Source: Eledone cirrhosa
Taxonomy: Eukaryota
Reading direction: 5' to 3'
Length of the DNA: 64,000 nt
NCBI GenBank assembly: GCA_964016885.1
Contig: OZ024756.1
Span: 40,052,001 to 40,116,000 of the forward strand
The notes under the pieces were generated by a model that did not search any database, was not told the origin of the DNA, and was given only the letters and a program-made list of their open reading frames with translations. Within the stretch, counting starts at the first letter, position 1. Every line of letters starts with the position of its first letter. The position numbers and the translations under genes are program-made. Of the stretch, positions 24,501 through 38,038 are shown piece by piece.

Positions 24501-27500
24501 AGGGCAGATCTGAGTTGGCCATTAGGTAAGCTGCAAAGGCCGACTTTCCAGCACCAGGGGCACCTTAAACACAGAACGTAATGATATCTCTCACAATGCT
24601 AGAGAAGCAAATTGTAAGAGTGGGGTTGGGGAGGGTATTAGTTGACCTCACTGTATGACTGGTATTTAATTTATCAAATGTGGGGAGATGAAAAATAAAC
24701 AGGTTATTATTGGCAGATGACTAACAACAACTAATATTAAGTTTCTCACAGCTCTACCACTTTTCAATGTGGGTTATGGCTAAGGTTAGGGCTAGGGTTA
24801 ATTTTGGGGGGGCTAGGGTTAGTGTTATTAGTATCAGAAATGAAAAGCAAATAGCAACTTTCTACTCACCATGTAGTAACATGGTCAAAAGAGGTGTCTT
24901 GGTGCTGTTTTTAATCTGAGAAATGAGAAGGTTACCATAATAGAGAACCTCTCGTACTGATTCACCCCATTCAATGATTCCATTTGGAAAGAAGGAGTTG
25001 AAGTTGAAATCACTGCGACCAAATGCCTGTCATAGAAAATGGTAGAACAGTTAGAACAATTTCAGGGAACCGAGAGAGATAAATATGTAATTTATGAACA
25101 TGTAAAGTTTCTTGACAAATGAGTTATTAACTTGCAGTTCTGATAAGAAACCCTAACACAGATTAACTAGAAGTTTCTAGATTCATTAAGTGAAGACAAG
25201 TTCCTCAATGATGCTAATGTATACAAAAGAAATGTGAAATGCTAGAAATGTTATAAAAAGAATGTCAGATATTTTCTTGTAAGTAATGACTATTTGATAC
25301 TGGTTTGATATCATCCAATGAACTAATTAATTATCATTTGATACTTACTCGTTTGATATGATCTGATGAACTAATTAATTATCATTTGATACTTACTGGT
25401 TTGATATCATCCAATTAACTAATTAATTATCATTTGATACTGGTTTGATATCATCCAATGAACTAATTAATTATCATTTGATACTTACTGGTTTGATATC
25501 ATCCAATGAACTTAAGAAATCATCCTGGTTTATTCTCACATTTTCTGCTTCTTCAGGGTCAATCTCTGCTTTATTGGAACCCTAGAAGATAAATAGAGAG
25601 ACAAAATATGAGCAAATCAGTTGGGGGTGTGTTGTTTATTATCTTAACTAATATGTTCATGTCATTAAAAATGATGACTTTTAGTAATTATAGAGAATAT
25701 TTGACAATGGAAAAACAAAATGTCCATCATATTCTAAGGAATGGTTTTTACTAACAATTATATATATATATCATCATCTTTGTTTAACGTCTGTCTTCCA
25801 CGCTAGCATGGGTTAAACGGGAGTTGTCCCAAGATTGGTCGGGTGACCGTGTCTCGCTCGTATAGGACTATCTGGCAGGTTTTCTACGGCTTAATGCCCT
25901 TCCTAACACCAACCACATTTACAGTGTGGACTGGGAACTTTTTACCGTGTTACCTACACGGCCACATTACAGCGTCGACTGTGAGTTTATTTTTGTCATG
26001 ACACCTACACGATCTCGATATCTCATTTATTTGGACTGGATGTTGTGGTACCAACTTTACAGAGAGAGGGTGGTGTCAGTGGGGGTGGAAGGATATATAT
26101 ATATATATAACAGATATAACCTCCCAGTGTTCTATCTCTATATAATACATATATAATATATACATATATATAATATATATATACTAACAATTGCTCATGT
26201 TGACAAAAACCTTATCTGAATTTTTTCTTATAATTCGCCAAGTTGAATGAAATGAGAAAGCTGAGCCCGAACCATAGAAGTATGTAAATGAAGATTATAA
26301 AAGATATTTTATAATTACCTTTATTAAACTGTTCATAGCAGTGGAGACTGCACATCGTACAAGACCTTCTAATTCAGCTCCACTAAAGTTCTTTGTTTTA
26401 TTAGCAATTTCACTAAGGTCAACGTTATCATGGAGTAGTTTACTTTCCCTCATAGACTTGGTGTGGATTTTCAATATATCCACTCTGCCTTTCTCATCAG
26501 GTAAACCTTAATATCAATATCAATATAAATATATATATATATCTGTATATGTGTACATGTGTGTTTATATGTGTGTGTTTAGTTTATTTCCAATATCATT
26601 GTGAAGTGTTGCGGATGTTGTTTATATTGTTCTGTATTAGGGGAATATGTAATTTCAGTAGTTGTGATTGACAACACATGACACTCATCAATTCAGGTCA
26701 GTGACACCTTAAAAGTCAGCTTACTTCAGTGATAATGTTAATGGTAGTTATGATGATGAAAGATTTAAATAAATTTTTAAATATAATTGATATTCACCTA
26801 TCTCCATTTGAACCTCCATTCGACCTGGTCGGGTGAGAGCATCATCTATAAGATCTTTCCTGTTTGTCATACCTGGTGTAAGAAAAAGACTATCAGTCAA
26901 GAAAATGACAAAGTTAACCTTGTGTTCATCATCAAAGTTAACAACAATATGATGTATAAAGGGATTAAGTATATGAAGGTAGGAATAGCAGCCAGTCCAC
27001 TAGGAATTGTCACTGAGGTGATTAAGCTATCAGGTGGACTAGGACAGAGGCTAGATATCCACATAGTTAAGCAATGTGAGAATTATATAGAACTTACCAA
27101 TGACAAGAATATTGTTGAGTTGTTCGACACCATCAATCTTTGTTAAAAGCTGGTTGACAACCGTGTCATGTACACCAGTACCTCCACCCTTAATGAAAAC
27201 AAAAATTAGTTGTATTTTTAAAAAATACTTTTACATACAAGTCCGGCCTTGACAAACCAACTATCATTAAAGTACTTGATTTAATTGATTTTCCCTGCCC
27301 CCAAAATTTCTGGCCTTGTGCCTATGTTAGACAACATCACCATTATATAGTGTAAGAAATGAATATGATATTTACCACTGATCCTCTCTGCTTGCAAATG
27401 GCATCAATTTCATCAAATATAATAATATGAAGACGGCTGTTACCACCACGCTGAAGAAAAAATAGGATCAACAATGAAATACTTCCTCAATCATGGCTAA

Positions 27501-30500
27501 CATACAGCTATTCCACCCCTATCACCACTATATATATATCTCAGGTCTTGAATAATCTGAAGATTTTAACATATATCCAGGAGATTAGAAGTCTAGCACC
27601 TTAACACATTGTGTGTCTAAACAAACCACCATTGTGTGTGTATGTTCATACACACATATGTGTGTATGTTCATACACACATATGTGTGTATGAACATACC
27701 AGCTAACCAAGATATGTGTGCCTGTCTATCTGTCTGAGTGTGTGTCTGTGTGTCTATCTGTGCATGTGTGTGTCTATCTGTGCATGTGTATCTGTGTGTC
27801 TATCTGTGCATGTGTGTCTGTGCATGTGTGTGTCTATCTGTACATGTGTGTCTGTGTATGTCAGTCTATCTGTGCATATGTGTGTGTGTGTGTCTATCTG
27901 TACATGTGTGTCTGTGTATGTCAGTCTATCTGTACATGTGTGTCTGTGTATGTCAGTCTATCTGTGCATGTGTATGTGTGTGTCTATCTGTACATGTGTG
28001 TCTGTGTATGTCAGTCTATCTGTGCATGTGTATGTGTGTGTCTATCTGTACATGTGTGTCTGTGTATGTCAGTCTATCTGTGCATGTGTATGTGTGTGTC
28101 TATCTGTACATGTGTGTCTGTGTATGTCAGTCTATCTGTACATGTGTGTGTGTGTGTCTATCTGTACATGTGTGTCTGTGTATGTCAGTCTATCTGTGCA
28201 TGTGTATGTGTGTGTCTATCTGTGCATGTGTGTGTGTCTGTGTGTCTATCTGTACATGTGTGTCTGTGTATGTCAGTCTATCTGTGCATGTGTGTCTGTG
28301 TATGTCAGTCTATCTGTACATGTGTGTGTGTGTGTCTATCTGTACATGTGTGTCTGTGTATGTCAGTCTATCTGTGCATGTGTGTCTGTGTATGTCAGTC
28401 TATCTGTGCATGTGTGTGTGTGTCTATCTGTACATGTGTGTCTGTGTATGTCAGTCTATCTGTGCATGTGTGTCTGTGTATGTCAGTCTATCTGTGCATG
28501 TGTGTGTGTGTCTATCTGTACATGTGTGTCTGTGTATGTCAGTCTATCTGTACATGTGTGTCTGTGTATGTCAGTCTATCTGTACATGTGTGTGTGTGTG
28601 TCTATCTGAACATGTGTGTCTGTGTATGTCAGTCTATCTGTGCATGTGTGTGTGTGTCTGTGTGTACATGTGTGTGTCTGTGTGTAAACCATCCAGCTAA
28701 CCAATACAGAGATAATTCTAACATCACTTACTGCTTTCTCTTCTTCTTCAGCATCAGCAAACAATTTTCTGATGTTTGCTTCTGATTCTCCGACATACTT
28801 GTCCAGAATCTGTGGACCATTTACAATCTTTGGTTCTGTTGCATTCAACATTTGACCAATTTTCCTAAACACAAATGCAGAGAAATTAAACAAACTTTTC
28901 TTTTGCGATACAAAAACATTTTATTTTTTTTAATTGGTTCTCATTTTTCTTTTTTTATTTAACATTTTAAACCTATTCTTTAACGTTTAGAATAGAATTT
29001 CTTTTGTAATTCTTAAATAAATATATATATAATCATTATCCTCATCATTTAATATCTATTTTTCCCTGCTAGGAAGGACTATATCTAGTTTAGAATAGGT
29101 ACCCGATATCTCCGAATGTCAGAAGAAGCAACTGAGTAGGTTGAAGTCAGGAAAGGTATTTAGCTGTAAAATATTGTCTCAAAAAGTCCCATCGAAACCT
29201 GCCACGCAAGTGTGGAAAAGTTGATATTACTGGAACTATTTCCAAAAGAAAGAGACTCAACAACAACACAATAGTGATAACACAGTTGCAAAGTTTGAAG
29301 TGATAATGACCCCTACCTGGCAATAAGGGTCTTGCCAGTGCCAGGTGGACCAAATAATAGGATTCCTTTCACATGACGCACACCTTGAAAAAAATAGACA
29401 AAGACAAATGTTAAATTTTATGATGGAAGTAGTGACAGTGGTGGTGGGGGGGGGGGGGGGGGGTAGATCATAGGAGGGGGAGGAGGGGGAGAAACATTAC
29501 AAAAGGGAATCAACAAACTTACCAAGTTGTTTGACAATATCTGGTGGGAAAACTCGAGAAGCAAAAGCTCTCCGGAAGATGGTGGAAAATTCATTGTCCA
29601 AACCTCCGATACCCATCTTCGTAAAGTCCCAGTCAGGAGAAATCACAGATGTGTACCTGATTTTAGAAATTAAGGAAATAATAGCAATAACAACAACAAC
29701 AACAATAATATTAATTATAATAATGGTTTCTGATTTAGGCACTAGGCCAGCATTTTGGAAAGTATATTAAATCAACCCCAGTGCATTACTGGTACTTTAT
29801 TTTGTCAACCTCATAAGGATGAAAGGCAAAGCTAACCTTTGATAATAGGATTCTGGGTGACCTGTGCCTAGGAGGAAGACAGGATGGTCATAAGTGGAAT
29901 GTCTTTGACCATATGTCTGTTGGATCAGTTTTGATCTGAGGTTTAACATCAACAATAGGAGGAAATCTTAAAGTATCGAACAATGCACCTTTGATGAGTT
30001 GTTGTGCACCTGAGCACTATACACAATCATTTTCATTATTATCATGAAACATGTTAAAATCTGTAAAATGTCACAAGTTTTCCAGAATAATTCTTTCGGA
30101 AATGAAATTAAAAGACAATATTTTATTAACAAAACACTTACCCTTTATTCTTTCCAACAAGGACAATAGCGGATTGTTCTGCGGCGTGGAACTTAATATT
30201 AGTTGTTGTTAGTAATCTACCAGTAATACCCTGTCACAGAATAGAGAGGTGGATAGAGGTAATAAGGAAATAAATACACATATATATAATTGTTTCTACT
30301 TTTGGCACAAGGCCAGCAATTACTCAGTGCATTACTGGTACTTTATTTTTCGACCCCGTAAGGATGAAAGGTAAAGTTAACCTTGGCGGGATTTGAACTC
30401 AGAATGGAAAGGGCCATAACTCTATGTGTCAAAGCAAGGCGTCCGACCCTCTACCGATTCTGCTAATCCACCGCCATATGTATTTATAGAAATATAAACA

Positions 30501-33500
30501 TATACTGAAGCGAAAACCAAACATATATATAATGACAAACACACACACACACACATATATATAGAGAGAGAAATGTACACACACACTCAGATCTTGAATA
30601 ATCGCCCTTGCTTTTATTCCATACACATACATGCAGAAACACCCATATACATACAGTCAGAAAATCACACATGCAGACACAAACACAAATATACAGAGAC
30701 ACACACAGACATACACACACACACATACAGAAACACCCACATAGAAACCATTAACCATAAACTTATATATAGCCAAAGACACACATATACTTACAGCCAC
30801 AGACATACACACACACATATATATACATACAACCACACACAGCTACAGACGTACATCTAGATACACATTCATACACATATATACATACAGCCACACACAC
30901 ACACAGACACAGACATACATCTAGATACACATCCACACACATATACATAGAACTAGAGACACACAAGTAAAGATAATTCTCGATGTAATTATGGTCTACG
31001 TACCCCTCGGACACCAGCTGTGCCACCCACTTGCTTAGTAACATCAAACACTGGAATGGAAATATAATAAAAGTAAATAACACAATCACTGAAGATGTCA
31101 CATATGTGTGATGAAAGCACTCTGAGAAACTATATTTATATCTATATTTACATCTGTTGGTCAATCAATGATAAACATTAATTGCCAGCTAAATTATTTA
31201 TAGAAATATAAAAATATACTGAAGCGAAAACCAAACCAAACCGTGAGAGTGTTTTACTATTTTTTGGCAATATTAAAACAACATGATCCTCCCCAATATA
31301 TAAAAATAGATTGTCTTCTGAGAAAATATTCCCCACCCTCAAACTAACAGATGGAAAAGAATAAGAGATATTCAAGCTCCCGGGGCCCATCCCTGTGTAT
31401 GTTATCAGTCATTCTGCTTGAGTGCTGATCTGGTCTGTTGATGACAAACAGTGTTACAGGACTACAATCATGCTGGGACACAACATCCAAGGATTTATTC
31501 AAGTATATCGACCTCAATACTTATTTCGTTGATCTCTGTCAAGTCACTAAGTTACAGTACATAAATATTAAAAATTGAGAGAAATGAAGCAAGTATGCTC
31601 CGTTGGATGTGCAATGTCAATGTACGTGAACAACCAAGCATAGATGAGTTGAGAGAGAAACTGGGTATAAGAGGGATAAGTCATGGTGTTCGGGAGAGAA
31701 GACTGAGATGGTATGGGCATGTGATGCGCATGGAGGATGACCACTGGGTAAAGAAGTGCCAAGAAGTCCCAGTAGAAGGAAGACCACGAAAAACATGGGC
31801 AGAGGTGGTGAGAGCAGACCTCAGATCGCTGAAGCTCACGTAGGAGATGACAAAGGACCATGATAAGTGGAGAGATACTGTGCTGAATAGGACCTGTCCC
31901 ACCCTTGCAAGCAGGGAAAAGCGGGCATAAAATGATGATGATGATGTGTGTAAAGGTACAAGATGGTATCTATTTCAAACTAGGTTTACATGAGTCTAAT
32001 GGAAGCTAGTGTATTATATTACTAATGAAGGACAGTAGTGATTAGTGAATTATATTACTATAAATATATCATCATATACAAAAGTATTAAAGGAAACTCA
32101 ATCTTCTTTCATCAAAAAATCATTTTAATCCCTTACAAATGTTTCAGATAGGAACATAATACAAATGTTTTATATATAAAGGCAATACAAATACAGGAGC
32201 TAAAATCCTAACAATAGCATTGAAATATACAGGGTGTCCCAAAAAATGTATATGCAATTTGATTAGAATGCTGTTGAAGTGTGTATACATATTTTGGGAC
32301 ACCCTGTATTTTTTTTTTTTAAATCACAACAACAACATATGAATGAGGTGAAAAGAGAAGAGGAACCATATTTACCTTTAATCTCTTTGACAGAAGCTGA
32401 AAAGACAGTTTTCTTCATCTCAAATTCAAATGCAAATGGCATCCCAACTGAGAATAAAATGCCAGTAAACTTCTCTATGAACTCATCAGTAATATATTCA
32501 GAATTCATTGATTCATTGGATATTCTGTCAAGTAAAGGATACAGCATGAAGAGCATCACATCGTCTGATGAAGGATATATAATGTACACATACACATACA
32601 CACACAGTTCCATCATTAAACATCTGTTTTCCCTGCTAGCAGGAATTGGACAGGTCATCATAGAGCAAACCAGTACTTAATCTGAGTCCCTGACATCTCT
32701 AATGAGCCAGGGTGGTGTTCTATCTCACATAAGTTCTCACACTCTGCCGATGCAATGTTAGCTTCAGTACTGCATTGTGGGTCTTATCTGAGCTTTGTAG
32801 AAGGTCAGAGGTGGGTAGGAAATGAAGTATTTTCTGACTCAGATGAGAAGAGCAAGTATTTTAGAAACAGTCCTAGCTATCTTTAGGATGTCTGTTCACC
32901 GCGAGAAAACCTCAGTGATAGTGAAAGTTACCATTTGAGGCAAAAACAAAGGACTGTTCTAATTGTGTACTGTTAATGCTTAAGAGCAATTAGGTGTGAT
33001 GATAATTTGGTTTCAAAATCAACAAAGCAAAACAACAATAACAATAAAAATGAATGCTGGACTTCTGGTAGAGGGTGACATATATACAAATACCATTCTG
33101 GTAGAGGGTGGCATATATACAAATAACTTTGGTGACACCACTCAGAGGAGCAACTATACTGGAATAATTGTGTCATAGTATTTCATATGGTTCAATAGAG
33201 GTCACCTTTAACCCTTAACTATCAATTCATGAACAAACAGTTTCACAGAATCAAATACTTACTTCTTCTTGCTGAAGAAATCAATGTCAAGACTGATAGA
33301 TTCAATAGAATCCAAAGCGCTTTCTGGAATGGGAGTAACGTCAACCTTCTGGCCAAGAGGAAGACTTGCCCAGTTTCTCTGGAATAGACAATAGAAGATC
33401 GTACTTCATTAGAAGATTCTGATAATTATTTATACTTCAGTCAAGAGGAAGACTTTCCCTTTTCTTAGGCTTAACACTTTAAATGTTACACAGAGTGTGT

Positions 33501-33774
33501 TGTATTTACATGTAACAGTAAATGTGACACAGAGTGTGTCATACATACATGTAGCTCATTAAATGTTACATTGTCATACTTACATGTAGTGCATTAAAGG
33601 TGACACGACCCTTTCCCACCTGGGGACTATGAATGACTGAGATCTTATAGTCAATACCTCGAGGGTTTGTGATGACCACATACCTGCAGAGAAACATAGA
33701 ATGTATGATATATATAGAGAGAGAGAGAGAGAATAGAGAGAGAGAGAGAAAAGAAAGAGAGGGAGAAACAGAGA

Positions 33775-33837
<63 letters not shown>

Positions 33838-36731
33838 GGGAGGGATAGATTTAGATAGAGAGAGTGAAAGAGAGCTAGAGATCAAGAAAAGAACCAGCCA
33901 GAAGAAAATAAGAAAGGAGTAGCTGTGTGGTTAAGAAGTTCACTTCCCAACTACACTGATTCAGGTTCAATCTCACTGCATGACATCTAGAGTGAGGAGG
34001 CAAGTGTCTAGGGTGAGGAGGTAAAAAGAAATGTCTGACTGGACAAGAAAACTGAAGAAACACCCAATGAAGATTGGTTGCCATCTGATATCAACTCCTC
34101 CTGGTTATGGCTGGAGTCATTGATAGATGAATGTGAAACTTCTTTAAGATGTAATTATCCTTACTAAGAGTGCAACATTGGCATACAATCAGTTTAGAGA
34201 TTAGTGGCTCATATCTTATCATAGGCATTGTCTTATATCTATAGCAAAGGCATTTAACTTTCAAATGTCTGTCTATCTAGCTGATAGTAGGTACAACACA
34301 TTAGAAGTCACATGCTATTGTAAGCAACTTCTTCATTACCATCATAATTATCCCATTTTACGCCTACTTTTCAATGCTTGCGTGGGTTGGACGGGTCATT
34401 TCCAGCACAACCTCCCTCCACATGTGTTCCTTATTGAGAAATGGTTACTTCACTTGCTGAACTGAAATTCAACTCATCCTTTGAATGCAGCTAGAAGAGA
34501 CTAAGTCTCATTGACGGAGACTGTCTCAATTATGAGATATAAGAGATATTAATTAAGGAAGGAATAATTAATAATTAATTAAAACTTACTTGACTGCCTT
34601 GGTAATAAATTCATCAGCCTCACTAAAGATAGCACAATTTGTGAAAGTGAGACTACTGTCCGGGCATTTCTCAATAGAGTATGGCTGTAAAATAAAATAT
34701 TTTTAATCTAAAATTGAGCAGCATTTAAAATGATAAAGATTGAACAAAAAAATACAATTAATATATATTTAGTGATTAAAAGTCAGATTGGACAGGAAAA
34801 TCTAGATAATCATTATTGAAACTAGTCATCAATTGCATTAATTTCACCAGTCTGAAGTTAGCTTTGCCTTTCATCCTTACGGGATTGATAAAAGAAAGTA
34901 CCAGTAATGCACTGGGGTCGATTTAATCAATTTTCCCATCTCCCAAATTGTTGGCCTTGTGCCTAAATCAGAAACCATTATTACAATTTCCTAGTTTGGA
35001 ATTGATTAGCAGTGATCTGTACCATAATCACCTTGCACTGTATCTTAAAGATCTGAAGAACCTACACAATTATATGCTAGCTCAGTTCAGCAACCTACTT
35101 GAGCTAAATATATCAGGTTGAGTGACACTTCCTTTTGAAGTTATTATTGCTGATGTAGGTAGCTGTTTGTTCTCATTGAACTGCAGAGTAATGAAATATT
35201 TCAAGCAAGATTTAAAGATGGGAAGCAAAATGTATATATATATATATATATATATGTGTGTATGTGTATTATATATATATATAAAATAAGTCATCATCAT
35301 CATCATTTAACATCCATCTTCCACGCTAGCTTGGGTTAGATGGGTTTGTCCCATTTAGAGGCAAGTTGGGTCAGGTGACTGTGTCTCACTCATATAGAAC
35401 AGTTTCTGGCTGGTTTTCTACAGTTGGATGTCCTTCCTAATGCCAACCACATTTACAGTGTGTGCTGGGTATGTATTTTATATATATATATATTATATAT
35501 ATATATATCATCATAATTTAATGTCCGTTTTCCCTATATCATCATCATCGTTTTTACGTCCAATTTTCTACGCTGTAAAGTGGTCGTGTAGGTGTCACGG
35601 CAAAAAGCACCCAGCCCACACTGTAAATTTGGTTGGTGTTAGGAAGGGCATCCAGCCATAGAAACCAGGCCAAAATCAGTTTTGTATGAGCATGACACAA
35701 TCATCTGACTTGCCTTGTCTCACAACAGGACAACTCATCTAGCCCATGTCAGCATATATTTCAACCTGTTTAATTTACAGAAGTGGTTTGTACCCAGTGT
35801 TCTAAAGTTATCAATAAATCAATACTTTACAATAATATCCCCCCTCCTTCCTCAAACATTAACATTATAATGTATAAAATGTGACTGTTGTGCTGAAAAT
35901 AACTTTTTTTTTTTCCTACATATTAAGACAAATTTACAAGCTACTGCATATTTCTTGCTTGCAGGTATAATCAGAAGATTGGAAGCTACAGTTTATTGTA
36001 ATGCTTCCTTTCATAAAAAAACAAAAAAAAAAACAGGGATGCAGATAAGAAGAGAAAAATATTCTAAAATACTTATCAGTTTTTATTCAGAAATATTCAT
36101 AGCACATCAATATTTGAAGAATTAAAAGTGTAACTATTATCACAAACTCAATTTTTCAATGAAATTTCAGATTAAAATTTATCACGGAAGTCCTATTAAG
36201 TAAATTATGTGGTTTCCTAATAAAATCTCTTTTGAGCAATATTTAAGAAAACACAAAAGAATAAAAATGTTTCTTTTAGTCATTATCTCCATTCTTTTCT
36301 AGCATTTTAGCATGGGTTTCATGCTTCTATAATATATTATCACAGTTTTGATCAAGTAGACTGACTATATAACAAGAAAAAAAGTCTTAATGTTTCAGAC
36401 ACTAGTCCTTCATCAGAATATAGAATAAGAAATACAAGTTGATAGAGAGTGAGAAGAAGAAGGAAGGGAAAAAAATGAGAAAAAAAATTATATATATATA
36501 AATACACACATATATACATACATACACACATATATATACACACAGACACACATATCTATGTGTATATATATATATATATAAATATATATATAAAGATATA
36601 TATATACGCATATATATATATATAAATCTATATATATATATCACATACATACCTATGAATTTATATACATACATACTCATGTCTATCTATTAAATATATA
36701 CTTTGGCTAGCTTTATAAGTCAAAATTATAA

Positions 36732-36762
<31 letters not shown>

Positions 36763-36956
36763 ACCAAAAGTTTATATGGTTTGTTGACTGCCCCTACAGC
36801 AATTGAAGATTCAAGTACCTTAGCGGTATGTCACATATCCAATCTCTTATATATTTTATCTGATGAAAACGTACTGAAACGCCATTGTACCTTTGAAATA
36901 TGTATAAAATATAGACTTTGGTTATGATAATATTTCTCATTTATTAATATTTTGAA

Positions 36957-36996
<40 letters not shown>

Positions 36997-37196
36997 ATCA
37001 AAAGATGGTTAAAGGAGTTCAATATATTTTATTATGCGCATTTCAAAAACAAACATCATCAAACAATAATATTTGTGTTTTCATCAGATAAAACAGGAGA
37101 ACATGATATGAAGGCTAAAAAAAACACTTGTTGATAGTGCAGTTTTAAATCAACATACCTGCACTATCAACAAGTCTCATTTATTAATATTTTGAA

Positions 37197-37236
<40 letters not shown>

Positions 37237-37987
37237 ATCAAAAGATGGTTAAAGGAGTTCAATATATTTTATTATGCGCATTTCAAAAACAAACATCATC
37301 AAACAATAATATTTGTGTTTTCATCAGATAAAACAGGAGAACATGATATGAAGGCTAAAAAAAACACTTGTTGATAGTGCAGTTTTAAATCAACATAACT
37401 GCACTATCAACAAGTGTTTTTTTTAGCCTTCATATCATGTTCTCCTGTTTTATCTGATGAAAACACAAATATTATTGTTTGATGATGTTTGTTTTTGAAA
37501 TGCGCATAATAAAATATATTGAACTCCTTTAACCATCTTTTGATCTTATATTATGCATACTCCAGTCCCACAAACTGTAGAGTGCTTCTTATCCGATATC
37601 TGCATTGCTTTATTGTACTACAATAAAACTCACCTCCTACATATATATATATATATATATTAAAATACAAATATTAATAAAATAGATGTTCTTTTGATCA
37701 ATTAAATTTTATTATACATATTTCAGAGGTACAACAGGACTACCTTGATTAAATCTTAACCATTTAACATCTTAGGGTATGTCATGTATCATTATATGTT
37801 GTCTGATGAGGACGTACTGTTGTACCTCTGAAATATGTATAATAAAATTTAATTGATCAAAAGAACATCTATTTTATTAATATTTGTATTTTAATATTAA
37901 TAACTCTGGAAAATATTTTCTTGTAGAGTGCTTCCAATCTACTGTAAAACTTGCTCTTTGACATACTCATTGAATCTTGTTTAACTC

Positions 37988-38038
<51 letters not shown>

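Noticed and set aside
26655-26935. C/D-box snoRNA-like TGATGA..CTGA pairs in NSF introns 12 and 13
   Set aside because: The boxes are only ~36-42 nt apart, with no recognisable guide or terminal stem.
27716-28785. 300-355 aa Cys/Val-rich ORFs
   Set aside because: They are translations of a TG-rich minisatellite antisense within NSF intron 10.
29989-30009. 21-nt symmetric microexon candidate between NSF exons 7 and 8 (cag GTGCACAACAACTCATCAAAG gtgcat)
   Set aside because: It is part of a dispersed repeat also seen at ~9765..9800, has no pyrimidine tract and a weak donor, and is not needed for frame.
30400-30475. tRNA gene
   Set aside because: The A/B-box-like head runs into the SINE core, no full cloverleaf forms, and there are many decayed copies.
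32565-32590. CTGATGAAGG hammerhead start (also CTGACGAG at ~11903)
   Set aside because: No closing stem II followed by GAAA.
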